Notes: generated by a model from the letters alone, not told the origin. Counted from the first letter of the stretch, positions 42,917 through 62,398 are shown. The stretch: DNA of 64,000 nt from the human T2T-CHM13v2.0 reference genome, Homo sapiens (GCF_009914755.1 NC_060928.1), one strand, 5' to 3'. Translations and numbers: made by a program.

Positions 42917-45549
42917 ACAATGAGAACACATGGACATAGGAAGGGGAACATCACACTCTGGGGACTGTTGTGGGGTGTGGGGAGTGGGGAGGGATAGCAT
43001 TAGGAGATACACCGAATGCTAGATGACGAGTTAGTGGGTGCAGCACACCAGCATGGCACATGTATACATATGTAACTAACCTGCACATTGTGCACATGTA
43101 CCCTAAAACTTAAAGTATAATAATAATAAATAAAAAAAAGAAAAAAAAAGGATAAGTTCATGTCCTTTGTAGGGACATGGATGAAGCTGGAAACCATCAT
43201 TCTCAGCAAACTATCGCAAGAACAAAAAACCAAACAATGCATGTTCTCACTTATAGGTGGGAATTGAACAATGAGAAAACTTGGACACAGGAAGGGGAAC
43301 ATCACACTCCAGGGCCTGTTGTGGGGCAGGGGGAGGGGGGAGGGAAAGCATTAGGAGATATACCTAATGTAAATAACGAGTTAATGGGTGCAGCACACCA
43401 ACATGGCACATGTATACATATGTAACAAACATGCACGTTGTGCAAATGTACCCTACAACTCAAAGTATAATAAAAAGAATAACTTAAATTTCAGCTTTTC
43501 CAGCAGTGAAAACATCTCATAACTAGTTTTTAAATAATTTTTTCTGTACCCTAAATATTAATAGGTTTTCGTGTTACCCTCTCAACCAAATCTATCCACA
43601 ATGCTTCATGAAGTCCATTCCTTCTAGGAAATCATCATTCTTGGATAAAGCAATTGGCCTTTTACATCAAGACCATGGCCTGTCTAACAGAGGTGATAGT
43701 GTGGGCTTCTTGAAACAAAGTTTTTTTTTTTGTTCTCTTGATTAAAAGATAAAGAAGGGCAGTTATCTTCAGTGCACAAAAGTGTGTATGTAAAGGAGAG
43801 GATGACATTATATTTGCATGAGGGCTTAACATTTCCTAATCATGCACCTAAGTGTTCTTCGCCAAGAAAGGTCTTATTGTAGGTGAGAACAATTCATAAC
43901 ATTGCATTCAAAATTACATTCTTCTTAATCTGACTTTGTAGCTCATTTATAAATCAAGTCTAAGCTCATTTTGAAAGGGAAAACAGTCAAGGTGAGAGGT
44001 TCTGAAAATAAATGTGAATGCTGCCTCTGTTTATCCTCTGGCCTTTCCTAAAGTTGAGACGCTAGTTTCAGGGATTTTATTATACTACTCTTCATCAGGA
44101 AGTTCTTTGTGCTAAATTATTCTGTGAACGTCCCTGGGTCATACTTCTGTAAAATATGTCATTTTGATAGCCTTTCATAGGATTCAATCAAGTTTTGGCA
44201 TTTGCCTTTTCATTTATTTTGTTTTGTAAAAGGGAAGAGAGTAGGTAAGAATTGCAAAATACAAAATATAAGAAAATTATTAAGCACGCTTCAAAGGAAT
44301 CCTAAGCATCTTTTACAAAATAAGTACACATATACATTTATCAGAAATACTGCTGGAAGGGAAATGAATGCCAGGAAGTTACCTCAGTATTCCCTGACTT
44401 ATCATTCAGTGCATAACTGAGGGGACAGACAGGAAAACAACAGGGTTATGGTGCATCAGTCATAGTACAGGCCAACCAACTGTCCACAATTTTAAAATAT
44501 GATTGTATTTAACCCTTTCAAGAATTCTGTGAAATCTCTTGTTTTGTCATCGATAATTATAGATACTTACACTGAGTGTATTTATGAATTTATATTTCTA
44601 AACCTGTGCAATTCTATAATGTAGTCCTGTCCCATTGTCTGTAGGTTCTATCCCACCCAGAATTCCCATGGCAATCCTGGGAGCATAAGGAGTCCATAAA
44701 AGTCTCAACTTTCTTATTATCAAAATCCAAATCATATTTCCCCTGTTGGTACCCAGGAGGCAAACTCCATCACTGGGATTCTGTGGGATCCACATAGAAT
44801 GAATATTTCAATGTGAAGACCAGAGAGGACACGAAACCCAGAGTGATAATCATTGACAAGAACCAAACTGGAATTCAAAGTCAAGAAAAAAGCCCAAGGG
44901 GAATCTATGGGGAGTCCCTAAACTAGAGTTTTTAGAGGTAGATTTTAAAGCTGGGAGCTCAGAAGCAGAAAATCAATAGCAAAAGAAATGTGAGTAAGCA
45001 AGTAAGTCAGAGCGATTGCATAAGGACTTTGAGCTGGTATTTAAATCTTAATTTTATCCTCCATTTGGAGGACATAGCTTTCTCAATTGGGAAGACCCCC
45101 AAACTTGAAGAGAGACTTAGAGCCTTTCAGCTAAATATGGTGAATACTAGGGCTATAGCATGCTCACAAAACTCTAGATTTCTCTCTTACTCTTGTGGCG
45201 GTACAGCAACACTAATTACTGGAATCCTGCCTCCATTTTCAGATGGATGCTTAGCTCCCAACATAACACAGAAACCTGTCTCTGAAGTTCTGTCTCTACA
45301 TTAGGACTCTATTTTATTTGTCAGATTTGTGACATAGAGGACTGCAAGTGACAGCTGCTTTTCAGATTTATGTTATTTGGCCCAGCCAGATTTTAAAATT
45401 GTGATTTAGGTCCAACATTTAAATAACTGACATTTATATAAATTTACATAAATGTTATATAAATATCTCGAAATATGTCTAAGATCTCATGGTACTGGTC
45501 CACTTCTCATAAGAGTGAAATTGGCTGTGGCTGAATTCTTGCTGACCTC

Positions 45550-49596
<4,047 letters not shown>

Positions 49597-49948
49597 AAAG
49601 AACTACCTGAGGCTGGGTAATTTATGAAGAAAAGAGGTTAACTGACTCACAGTTCCACAGGCTTAACAGAAAGCATGGCTAGTAGGCCTCAGGAAACCTA
49701 CAATCATGGCAAAGGTGAAGGGGAAGCAAGCATGTCCCACCATGGCAGAGCAGGAGATAGAGACAGGAAGAGGTGCCACACACTTTTAAACCGTCAGATC
49801 TCATGAGAACTCACTCACTGTCATGAGAACAACAAGGGGGAAATCCACCCCCATGATACAATCACTTCCCATCAGGCCCTTTCTCAGACACATAGGGATT
49901 ATAATTTGAGATGAGATTTGGGTGGGGACACGGCGACAAACCATATCA
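49597..49948 (-). mobile_element. MSTA solo LTR missing about 30 bp at its left end
   Basis: AAAGAACTACCTGAGGCTGGGTAATTTATGAAGAAAAGAGG...AAACCATATCA; the expected TGTATTAG...GCTAT start is absent. Confidence 0.85.
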
Positions 49949-50974
49949 TTGCCAATCCCTTTGCAGCAACCACTTGAGTCACTCACTTACCTTATTCGCC
50001 TGATGCCTGCAGGCATTTGATTTATCGACCCCTTTTACAGAAATGTGCTAGGTCTCTGTCTTTCAAATACAGAGACCACCTGGAGCCACTCTTCTGCCAC
50101 TCACTTGAATTTGAGCATTGTTTGTGTTATGCAAATGTCTATTGTTCTATCCCACCTAATGGATTGGGATTGATTTTATAAAATATAATCTGAAAAATGT
50201 CAGATTCATTGGGATGCTTATTCAAAATAAGCTTCCCAACACCCTCTAGGATTGTCATCGAATCCCTCTTCCAGAGCATTTACTCCTTTTAATGCATTTC
50301 TTGTCCTTGGTCACTGCCTTATCTTTTCACCCTCCTATACCAGTGTAAAATCCCACTCCAGTCTTCAGGATCCTTCTCTACTGTCCTTCTTCCAATAATC
50401 TTAGGAATTTATTCTGCCTCTATATCACAAAAAAAAAAGTCATACTCCTGCACAGACAAAATTATCTATGAGTCTGAAGCAGGTGCTGCAATTACCACTT
50501 CACTGATCTCAGGGTGAGTTAAATTCCTTTGATTGGCATGCAGGTGGCCTCTTTCTGTATTCACTCCCCCAACTCTACCCCTTTCTGAATATAGACACTC
50601 AACACAGAAGCTGATCCCCAAATGCAGAGCAATCATTTACCTGTTAAATGCATTGAAAAAAGCTGTTCTGCCTTGTTAAAATTCTAAATATAGGCTGTAA
50701 TGTTCAACAAATATTAACTGTGTAGTATAAACAAAGTATTATTTAAGGCACATTCATAAGTAATATCTTTATCTCTCACAATAGTTCATGCCAATTCTTC
50801 CTTACATCTTCCCAATTATGAAGATGTTGACTTTCTGTTACATAATGGAGAAAGGAAGAATATGTTTGACACTCGTGATAAACTGGAGTGTTTCTTGGTG
50901 TTCTGTGATCATTTTACTAATAAGTAGACAAATACAGTAGCCAAGGTATGAGACAGGCACAGTAACTGAAAACT

Positions 50975-51644
50975 CAGAGCCTTCAAGATTGGGAGTCTGG
51001 GTCGCCCCACCAGGTGCGTCACTAGAGCAGTAGAGTTCCTCATTGAGTTAGTAGAAAACGTGGCAGAGGAGGCGGAGGATGAATCAGTTACAGCCTTGTG
51101 ATCAACTACAACATGAACAGCTCTAGTTTGTCCTACCATCCCTTTCCTTATAAGTTTACCAGGAAACATTAATCGGAACTCTGGAGAAGCTGTTTCCTGA
51201 TGGGTAAACTTACTATGAATGGCATGAGGGGTAGCCTGCTAGTGGACACTCGGGCGTTATACCTAGATCCTGTCTTCAGGAACAACACATCCATCTTGTG
51301 GCCTTTGGGAAGATGGGCTACTGGCAGATGACAGCAATTTCTTCACTGGTGATTACTCCTGACTCCAAGGTCACACACTTCCTAGGCAGCATCTGGCCTA
51401 TGACTGGCAAATATCCAGCTTCCCTGATTCCATTTAAGACTATTATAGGCTTTCCTGGCAGAATCTGATGAGGCCTCAGTTAAAACTGCATTGAAGGTAA
51501 CTTTTCCACCTGCCGGCAGTCTGCCTTCTTTCACTTCCTTACAAAGTTTGTCCCAAGAGCATTCTTTTCCTCCCTGCAACTTCACCTCTGCACTGCATGC
51601 GACTCTGTCTCAGACTCTGTCTCCAGAGAACCTAATCTAAGTCA
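50975..51644 (+). mobile_element. Ancient ERVL internal 3' remnant, polypurine tract and 3' LTR (LTR16-like, 51237-51644)
   Basis: TCTGGGTCGCCCCACCAGGT resembles the ERVL integrase end; GAGGGGTAGCC precedes TG; the LTR ends CTCTGTCTCAGACTCTGTCTCCAGAGAACCTAATCTAAGTCA. Confidence 0.55.
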
Positions 51645-53440
51645 ACTGACTATGAGAATATACAGAATAAGAAGATATATATTCGTTTTCCCTTTATGTA
51701 TTTCAAATCAGGTTTTTAAATTAATGTAATGTTTTATAAAACCTTAATTTATATATATTGTTAAAAAAGAAGCCAGTCTTTATTGTTCTTCAATTCTTTC
51801 TCCACTGAGTAGCTCATTAATTAGATTTTCTCTAGAAGTGTCTGGAACCTCTTTATTATTCCAGGGAATCAATGAAAAATAACCATTTCCAAAATTATCA
51901 CATCATTGTCCAGTTTAGAAAGTACAGAAAAATAAAAAAAAAAAAAAAGATAGTAAATTTCATGGAGTTCAAACATTGGGGAATGTTACAGATTTATTCA
52001 TAAATGAACATGTTTTATAGCTTATGTCCCTTAGTAATTATGAGACTGGGGATATTTCTAGTAGCTTTAAACTCTGTTCTATACATGCTCCTACATAAAT
52101 TCACTTCCCTCAAATAAGAATTGCTTTTTCTTCTTTTGCAGCCAGATTTCACCGAAGTTAGTAAGTAAGCATTAGCCTGGAAGTCAGAAAACTTGGTTTG
52201 CATCTCAGCTTCACTGATTCGTATCTCAGGCAAATGTGTACTTCTTCAAACCTCCAAGTTTGTAAGATTGGCATCATGATCTCTGCTTTTCAAGTTTACC
52301 ATTCAGATCAAAAGAGTTTCTAATGTGAAACTGACATATAGCAGGTCCTCAAAAAATATTAGTTTACTCTCTGCTTTTCTAAATACTTTCAAAAGTGTTG
52401 TATAAAAGGCTGCCAACAAGAAAAATGCTAGCCACTCAGTTTTGTGCACATCTATAACATACGTAAGTGCTGTTAACAACAGTATATGTGGAGTCTCTTC
52501 ACTCTATAAATTAATAAAAGTAAAATATTTAGTTTTTATGGCCTAGGGTATTTTACCGTTAGGTATGTGACTGGTTTATTAATTTCATGAGGTTTAGCAA
52601 GGATTTCTTGGTTCTATTTATATAGCAAAAATGAAAAGTATTTTCAGGGAGCCTCCAGCTAAAGAATATCAGAGGTCCACTGAGGCCTGCTTCCAAGATT
52701 TGGTTATCTCTGATAGGTTTCTCAAAATATTTGGATTAAAAAGTATTTGTTTGACCCTTTGGAATAATGAGGCAAACTTTAAATTCAGTAACATGGGAGG
52801 CTAGTAAGTAAAAATGTGAAAAAAAGAGTTTTCTTCTTTCTTCTGAATCTCAATAGGAAAATTAGATGTATCCTATAAGAAGTGTTTTTGATCTGGTTTT
52901 TACATATCACTGCGTTTACTATGAATTTAGGTTAGGGTAAATTCAACAACTTCCACTTCCACCCTTCTGTTTAGGCTCCTGTAGCTGTCACCTGGATTAT
53001 CACATTTGCTGCCTGAACTAACCCCCACCACAGCTTGTCTCTATCTTATTCAATCTATATTGATGCCATCTATGGCATTACCAAATTACCTTTCTTAGGG
53101 CCATGTTTTTTATATGTTCAAAATCCTTTAATTACTCTACTTTGCCTATAAGCAACGTCTAAATTTTCAACCAAGCATACCTGATATGTATTAAACAAAC
53201 CCCAAACTTTATCATGTCTACAATGTTTATCTTTATTCACACTTTTGCTTCTCATTAAGTGACACTTCGCCTTGTACATCTCTTCCTCTTGAAATTCAGT
53301 CATCCAAGTGATACTTTATATGCCTTCTCCTTCACCAAGCTTTGTCTGATTTCAATGGAAAAACACAGGACTTGGTACCTCTGTGAACCTTAACAAGTTA
53401 CCATGTAGATGTAGGTTACAGTTATCTGTTATTCTTAAGA

Positions 53441-53664
53441 CCATTCATTCTTGATGGGAACAATATCACCCCTAAGGGAATGAAATTGGTTCCCAGAAGG
53501 CAGAAATCCTAGATACTACAATAATCTCTGAATCTCAAAAACTCTGCAAAATCTGATTCCTTATAGTTTAATTTCTCTCATTAGGAATAATATAAACTTA
53601 ATTGTTTTTGTTTCCTCTTCAGCAGGGCAATGCAAAAAAAAAAGAAATAAAGTTGAGAAGCACT
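53441..53664. mobile_element. hAT-Charlie MITE (MER112/MER113-like)
   Basis: ATATCACCCCTAAGGG..AAATTGGTTC...TTTAATTTCTCTC...AAGTTGAGAAGCACTG terminal repeat. Confidence 0.55.
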
Positions 53665-55298
53665 GCCCTACACCATAGACATATTTTGTGCAGAAAATTG
53701 CACAGATTAATCATTAATCAGTATCTCCTCTACAGAGTCCAAAAATTATATTTAGCATGTAGTCAATCACTAACAATTGTTAGTAGAATTGAATAGAAAC
53801 TGTAATATTCAAATTAAAGGGGCAAATTGCATTACATAGCATATTTTTCTACTTCTTAAAGGCAATAGTATTTCTATTCTCTTTTTTCAGTATTAACATT
53901 TATTTTTTTCTCCTCAGTAGAGTTAATCAAATACTAAACTATTAGCATATAAAAGAATCTTGATAATGCTCTATAATGAAGGCCAGGCAACATGGCTATT
54001 ACAATGGGCTCATTATAACAATCATATGAACCATAGTGAACGATACACAACTATTGTATAGTAAACTATAGTAACCATACATGACCTATATCTTCACATA
54101 ATTCACAGCATTCTCTTGATGTTTAGTTTAATCAAAGCTGAGATGTCAGAATTTGGAGTGAAGAGATTTAAATCTCTTTACACCTCAGTTATTCCAAAAT
54201 AAGTTTAGTTCAAAACTGTTATTGAGAGAAAACCTGTAAAGATTTTTTAACCTGTTTTTCAATATTTGGAAGAACCTTTCAAGGTAACCACAACTTTGAC
54301 ATCTTTCTTAATTGGTGAAGAATACAAGTCTCAGAGATGTGGAGTAATTCACCTAAGGCAGTGCGTAAAAGTTGATATTGGAATCTCGATGTGCTATATT
54401 CCAAATCTTCTAGTGTTTCTACACCGCATTTTCTCATAGAGTGTGATTTATCAGTCTCTGTCTAAACACTCAACAAGATCATGATGTCCTTAAGAAAAAG
54501 TGCAGGGTTTCATTCCTGTCTGAGTCTACACATTTCAATTCACCACTTTTGATTCACTGCAACAAACATCCACTTTTAATACATTTCAACAAACCTATGA
54601 GTTGCTGCTTATCTGTAATTCTGCCCTCAATCAGCTAGCTTAAAAAAATGACTAGATGAGGAAACTCATTATATAAAATTCAGTGTTAAAATAATCGACT
54701 CCCAGAGAGGTTAAATGAGTCCCTAATGGTCACATACATAAACCCAAGACCTGGTTTCAGTGGCTACTGAATCTCCTTTCTCTCCTGCCCCAGCTATTGG
54801 GGTGACTTTTCTGGGCTCATCCATCCTGGTTACAGAATCGCTGTCCCCTCTACCACCCTTCCCTTATGCTTTATTCATGGTCCCTCTGTCTTGTTAATTA
54901 TGCTTTTAATTTTCTTTAGTAATGGTCTAGACATTACCATAATGTTAAAATAAATACATTGTATAATATTTTTCAAATATGAAGTAGTTCAAAGTACATA
55001 AATGATCACATGTATATATTGTTCTACTTCTTTCCAATCCTTTTGTATACATATAAATGTTAAATAATTTATAAAAGTACTTTGTAGTGTGGATTTTGCT
55101 GCTAACAGTAAAGAAACTTTTAGCATTATCAATACTTAAGTGATTTGGGTTGAACCCAGAACGATCTTCAGGGAAATGATTACAGAACTCTTCCATATAT
55201 ACTGAAAGGAGATTGAAGCACATTGTAAAATAAATATATGTCACAGTCAAGAACTAGAAAAAAACATACTATTTAAAGATAAAATGAGCTATATATTA

Positions 55299-55618
<320 letters not shown>

Positions 55619-57452
55619 AGCTATATATTGAGATACTGTAAACGAGGAAGGTGTTTATGTATTTACTTGAAAAACAGTTTTTGAAATCTTAGTACATGTC
55701 TTAAGTGGAAGAAAAAGATAAATAAGAGACAGGATTTATTATCTCAAAGAGCTCAGTGTCAAGTGGAAGAGAAAAACAGGTAAATGAAGCATTACAGTTT
55801 AATAGAGTAGGTGGTATGACAAAAGTGCAAGGTTTTAGTGACAGAGAGATGACTATATGGCTTAGTGTAAAATGAATGGACTTAAAGCCAAGTTACTTGA
55901 TATCTTAAACAACACTGGAACATTGAATATTTAATTTGTTTATGCCAGGAGACTCTTGGACAGAAATCCCTTTTATAAGACTGAAATAAGCTTGTCATAT
56001 AAGTAATAATGTTTTCCTCTGTTTTAGGGAAAAATAAGATATGTAAATAAAAATGGCTTCTAATATTTCTCAGTAAGGTGAATTTGAACATAACATTAAA
56101 TGCTTGCATAATTCCAAAAAAAACCCCAAAATTTAAAGATCTTGTCAGCTTGTCATTCAGCATTTGTTTAACATGCCAAGTAAAACTGCATCCAACGAAG
56201 ACTGAAATTTTGATATTACCACTGCCTCCTCTATAGTCTACAGAAATGAGAAGGGCCAGCCATCTCATTCTCCTTTTGAAGTAGTTACATATATAATATC
56301 TAGTAAAATGCTCTATGTCTATACTCCTTTCTCCGAAAAATTTATGCCCAGCTATCCTTAGTCCTAGGAAAAAATAATTTAGCTCATAAGCAGAATGCTA
56401 GAAGCATTGTGGTCATTTCTGAGGTTTGTTAAATTGACCTGTGTAGGAAACAAAGAAACAGTATAATATTTCTCTTACAAGTCTCCTCGTTTCTTGGTGT
56501 CCTGAAATTTCACATTTAACTCTTCTTTCAAAAGAACCAAATAATGGACCTTGCCCAGCCTACAGAAAGGCACTACTCCTGAATTTTGGCAATTAACAAA
56601 TAAGCTTTTCTGCAGTTTCTTCTTCTATAACATACATGACGTGCTGGATTGAGATGATCACTAAGAATCTTACCAGCTCTGGAATTCTATAATTCTAATA
56701 AAACCATCTAGGAGTGGAAGTTGCTCTAAAATGTGGAAAAGGAAGTAGATTATGCATGTATCTGTATGGATCATCAAATCAATTTTTATATTCATTGCTA
56801 TCAAATGTATTATAATGGACAACCCTGAAGAATCACTGAATCTCTGTGTTTGCTTCTAAACTATCCAACAAGATTGTTTTTTCTGTGAACTACTTGTGAT
56901 TTGTAATTCCGATGGTAATTTTCTTTCTAAAATCTTTCCACACTCCCCTCAGCCACTGTCATTTGTGATTCAATTACTGCACATCTTTCTCACAGATATT
57001 TTTGGAAAAATTAAAGATGGAAACAATCAATCCTGTATTATTATGAGTGAAAAGTGTCAACACATTTTTTCATGAGGATGTCATATCTGTGATACAAGAA
57101 TATCATGCTTTTTTTGCTATAAAAAATGACAGATGGTTGACTGTGAATGATATTAGTGTCAAGTCATTTAAAGAGGAGATGGCCACTTTTGTGAAATTGA
57201 AAGAAGGAAATAGTGACCTCTTCATACTCATCACATAGGTATCATTCCCTGTTTAAACTGCCATTTATTTCATATCTTTGCTCCACAAGTCAGGCAGGTG
57301 GAGAAAGTTATAACTGAGCATAATCCCACCACATACTAGGTATAGAATAGAATTGGTTAAGGTAAATCTGGCTTCCCTGCTCCTGTGGGATCTACCCAGG
57401 TACCATGAAAATAGCATCCAATAGAAAGGAGTGCTTGGCACCTCAACCCTAT

Positions 57453-58019
57453 TACTATGATTTGAATGTGTCCCATCCAAAATTCATGTCTTGCCAAAAT
57501 GAGAGTATTAAGAGGCGGGACCTTTAAGAGGTGATTAGTACATGAGGGCTACTCTTTCATAAATGGAATTGAGGTCCTTAAAAATATTCATTCAGCATTT
57601 GTCAATCTTTCTTTTGTGCTTTTTTGCCTATGAAGATGCAACAAGAAGGCCCTCAACAGAAGCTGGTGCCTAGATCTTGAACTTCCCAGCCTACAGGACT
57701 ATGAGAAATAAATTTCTGTTATTTATTTATTTATTTATTTACTTATTTATTTATTTGATACAGGGTCTTGCTGGGTCACCCAGGCTGGAGTGCAGTGGCA
57801 TGATCACAGTTCACGGCAAATTTGACTTCCCTGTCTCAAGTGATGCTCCCACCTCGGCATCCCAAGTAGTTGGGACCACTGGCACATGCCACCATGCCAA
57901 GCTAATCTCTTATTTTTTTTCAGAGAGACAAAGTCTTTCTATGTTTCCAAGGTTGGCTGCTCTTTAGAAATAACCCAGTCTCAGGTATTTTGTTACAGCA
58001 GCACAAATGAACTAAGACT
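57453..58019 (+). mobile_element. MLT1A/MSTD-type LTR split by an antisense Alu
   Basis: TACTATGATTTGAATGTGTCCC...AATAAATTTCTGTT|CTTTAGAAATAACCCAGTCTCAGG..ACTAAGAC. Confidence 0.8.
57721..57956 (-). mobile_element. 5'-truncated AluJ with a (TTTA)n tail
   Basis: CAGGGTCTTGCT..CCCAGGCTGGAGTGCAGTGGCATGATCACAG; ends in the left arm; TSD-like CTGTTATTT/CTGCTCTTT. Confidence 0.85.
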
Positions 58020-59192
58020 TCTGCCAAGACAAAAGTTCCAAGTTACTGGGTTTTCCTCTTAATAATACCAACTTGTACCTAAAGTTGCTTGTGCTCTGAA
58101 CATTTTTAGCTTCACATTTCTTTGGCTTCCTCTTACATTTGCACAATACTGCTCCTAGTTGCAACCATAGCCTTTTACTTAGGTATGCTTTTGCACTCCA
58201 ATGCTTCAGGGTCATTGCCTCCCTGCTATATTTTTTGCCCACTGTCCATCTCAGTCTTTAAAAGGTGGCACCATAAGACTATACTCTTATCTTCACTATA
58301 CAGATGTGGTCATGTAAGAAGCTTACAGCCATTTCTTTCTTTTTGATAAAGACCGTGGCTGCTGGCTCCATAATCTTCCTCCCCACCACATTCTTATTAC
58401 AAATCACAGAGATGTCAATATACAAGTATGTAAATCATACAACACTTGGCCTCTCAATTCTTTATCTTCCCATTCCTCAAGTTATTTTCCTTTATGCCTC
58501 CTCAGCCTCTTGCTGCCATAATCACACACCTGGACCTCACACCACTAGAAAGGCTACTATTGTCATGCCATAATTGCACGGCTCCAACTCTATTATCACA
58601 GCTTCCCTGTTGCAGGATATCTATCACAACAATTCTTCACCTTCATATCATCCAAATGCATCGACTCTAGTCTTTTCTTTTTGGTATCAAACAATCCCTC
58701 CTATTTTTCATTCCCTCCAGAACCATCAAAAATTCTATTGTATTCCATCCCTTGAAAATATCTTCTGTTTCTTTTCCCTTTTGTTTTTTCAGAAATTAAC
58801 GGAGCTAATATCATTTGGCCAAGACTTGTTACCAGATCAAACTTAGACTATTTTTTCAGTTATCCTCACATGGTAAATTTTAAAGAACATTTGTTGACTG
58901 TGTCACCTGGGAGTCAGTTTTTAACTCATATAAGCTGCAATGCCTTGCACTAAGAAACTGGGAATCATACTATTTTTTGAAATTTATATAAAAATTACAT
59001 GATTAAATAGAAAATAAATGGCATACTAATATACATATTAGTTTTTGACCCAAGTACAAGAAGTACCAACTAAGAAAATCAAATTTTTAGGTGTCTGTGT
59101 AACTGTGTTTCTGTATTTTGTTTTGTTTTGATCTGGTTTTGGTTTATTACTATTTTCCTTTTGTCCTGAAATACTATTGCTTGAGACTTACT

Positions 59193-59637
59193 GTATAATG
59201 GGATGTTTAATTTTATGTGTCAACTTGGTATGCTATGGTGTTCATTAGTTTGCTCAAACAACAGTCAGAAAATATTGTGATGGCTTTATCCAATATGCTG
59301 AACATTTAAATCAGTAGACTTTTTGTAAAAAACAGTATACTCTTTATAATGTGGATGAACCTAGACAATCAGACAGAGGCCTTAAAAGAAAAGACTAAGG
59401 TTTCCTGAAGAAGGAATCTAACCTGGAGAAGACTACAACGTAGAAATCCTGTCTGGGTTTTCAGTATTCCATTCTGCTTTGTGAGATTTGCACTTGCCTA
59501 TCCCCCAAATCACATGAGCCAATTTCTTAAAATAAATTTCTTCTTTGCTACCTCTTTTTATCTCACTGTCTGCATCTCTCTCTGTATTTCTCTTTTTATT
59601 TTTCTCTCTGTTGCTGTAGAGAACCCTGATTAACCCA
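59193..59637 (+). mobile_element. Older MLT2 (B-D-like) ERVL LTR
   Basis: TTAATTTTATGTGTCAACTTGG...AATCACATGAGCCAATTTCTTAAAATAAAT...GAGAACCCTGATTAA. Confidence 0.75.
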
Positions 59638-59722
59638 CAGGGGCAAAAAGTAAGATGAGACTCAAAGGCAACGAGAGCCTGTCTTGTCTGGATACAGATG
59701 CTGGTAGAGAGAACAGAGTACC

Positions 59723-59950
59723 CAGATGGTGCCTAACTTAGGATGGTGTGACTTATAAATTTTCTACTTTATAACGGTGCAAAAGCAGCACGCATTTAGT
59801 ATGCTCCTAGACTTATGATGAGGTCATGCCTAGATAAACGCATCACAAGTTAAAGTATCATGAGTTGAAGTGCACTTTTGATTTAACAATATTTTTAACT
59901 TTTGATGGGTTTACTGGGATGTAACGCCTTTGTAAATTGAGGAGCATCAG
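59723..59950. mobile_element. TcMar-Tigger MITE (MER47-like)
   Basis: Inverted ends CAGATGGTGCCTAACTTA / TAAATTGAGGAGCATCAG followed by TA; internal ACTTATGATG repeats. Confidence 0.7.
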
Positions 59951-61985
59951 TATTCTGAAGTCATTCTGGTGTAGTTTCAGCCTTCTGATATTCCCAGCTT
60001 GGTAATGAGATAGCATACTGTAAGTAAGCTCAGCCTTGAAAATCTTAGAAACACAGGAATTGGAGAAAGAAGGAAGGGACTGACAAAGAAGAAAGTGTCA
60101 AAATGCATAACTCAGCTAAATAAATACATAAATGGTGTAAAGATTTCTATAAAAATTATAATGGAGGTACCTAGCATTTTTAACAAAGATATTCCTAGAA
60201 AGATGGGACTTGATTTGGTCATTTGTATATATCCTATCAGTTGTTTAATCACTCTTGTTTTAAGACAGCACCAAACTATCCAGAAGTCTAATTGGTTTGA
60301 AAATTAAGAACAGTGACATAAGTTTTCTTTAGTAATTTATTGTCACAGCTTGTCTATTTGCTTTTCTATAATAGTTCATTAAAAATTATATTACATTATT
60401 TGATCTACTAATTTCAGAGTCAAATTTATATATTTATTATGTCAAAGAAAAATTTCACTTCTACTATAGTAAGAAAAGAATGAAAATTTAATTCAGGTTT
60501 CAGAAGTTGTTTGATAACTCTTACCAGATGACATTATACTGTTTTAAGCAATAACAGGGCAAATGATATTGAGTTCTGAATTTAGGGGATTGAGAATACA
60601 TTGACTAGCATGTGCAAAAAAATATTTTCTCATTGAAAAAATTAGTCAGTATTTTAAATGAATAGACCCTCAGTTGCCCTGGAATTGAGATATGTTTTCT
60701 ACTGAGTAGTAAGTAAAGCAAAGTTTGGAAATAAGAAATTTTTTTAAGAAATAGCAAAACAACATGCTAAAATATTAACAATATATAAATATTGCATAGC
60801 TTCATTCTGAATGTATTTATATGGTATTATACTATAGCTGAAAGTTTACATTGAAATCTTTTCTCTCAAACTCTGTTAACAAAAATTGCTGCTGTGACAA
60901 CTTTATAGAACTCTTGTGAGGATAAAATGGGATTATAGATGTGAAAGCATTATGTAAGCTGTGAAATTTAGATGTTGGCAATAAAATAAAAAGAGAGAGA
61001 AGAAAATATTGACAGATAAATGCATCCCAACAAACATTTTAAAGAAAACATTAGCAGTAAATTTACAGGATAAAAGTGGCAAAATTCTCTTGAGTACATC
61101 AAATGTGGAAGAGGGAATATAGGGAACATGTTACTCATAATCTCTGCTAAGAGTCTAATTTAGTTCAGCCATGCTGGAGGGCATATGATAACAGTTAGGC
61201 TTATGTTATGATTCAGTAATTGCATTGCTTACCACCTATGCAGGTACACAGTCACTCCTCTGCAGAAGGGATCATACACAAATGTGTTCATTTTCATATT
61301 GTTGGTAAGGGTGCAAAAAATAGAGACAATTTACCCAAAGGCTGTACCTTACTGTCCCTATATTCTAAGCAAATCTCTCAAGAATTTTCACTAATTCAGC
61401 ATAAAAAATAAAGACACACTAAAGGACAATTTCTTTCCCTTCTCCTTACCAAGTTACAACTACCCTATTGAAGATGATAAATTAAGCATACTCAATTACT
61501 AATACCAATGGAACTTAAATTAGGATCTTTCAGATAAGGCAAAAATCTTTAACCTTTAAATAAAAACATACAGATGCACATTTTAAGACTGAGGTTTCAA
61601 TAATAAATGCAATGCCAACTAATTCTAACTTGTGGATTCAAAATATCAAAACACAAAACTGCTTGTTGTAAAAATCTGAAAACAAAACATAAAAGAGATT
61701 TCATCAATAAATAGCTAAATTAACTGTGGCATATAAAAAGAATATAATAAAGCACTTACACATGACAGGACAGATCTACATATACAGACATGCTAAATCT
61801 CTCAACACGTTTTTGAGAAGAGAATAAAAAATAATAAAGTTGTCCAATGAAAAATATATGTAATATACAATTTATGTAAAAATTACAAAAACAAAACCAT
61901 GTACTTTTCCTGTGTGTCTGTGTTTGTATGCGTGCATGTGTCTGAACAAAAATGAATGTGCAACCATAGTAGTAGAGGTTATCTT

Positions 61986-62398
61986 TGAGGTTAGGGACTG
62001 TATTTTTTATATGCATCTTGGTATCTGAAAGAGGTCCACGTCCAGATCACTGTTGCAGGTTAGGTTCTTTGGAACACACTGAGACCCAGTATCATTGGAC
62101 ATGTAAGAAAGCTGATGAGAAGGCTCAGATGATCCCTCCTGTGGCACATATAGGTAGTTCAAGCTATACAGGAGAACCTCTATTCCAGCTATACCCATTA
62201 ACCACCATAAAACCCTAACAGCCTGCTTATCCTGCTCTCTTAAGCCATTTTGAATTATGCTCTGTTCTTCCTAGAAAGCGTCATTATCATTAACCTCTTC
62301 ACACCCTCCAGGTGCATGAGTGCTATCATTGGTCTCAAAATCCAAACCAAATATGGTGAGTGGGGGGCTCCTCCTTCATCTACAGTGTGACTACAACA
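61986..62398 (+). mobile_element. ERVL-class solo LTR (MER54/MER73-like; family uncertain)
   Basis: TG...CA ends, TSD ATCTT/ATCTA, 3' end AAACCAAAT..GTGGGGG..GTGACTACAACA. Confidence 0.55.
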
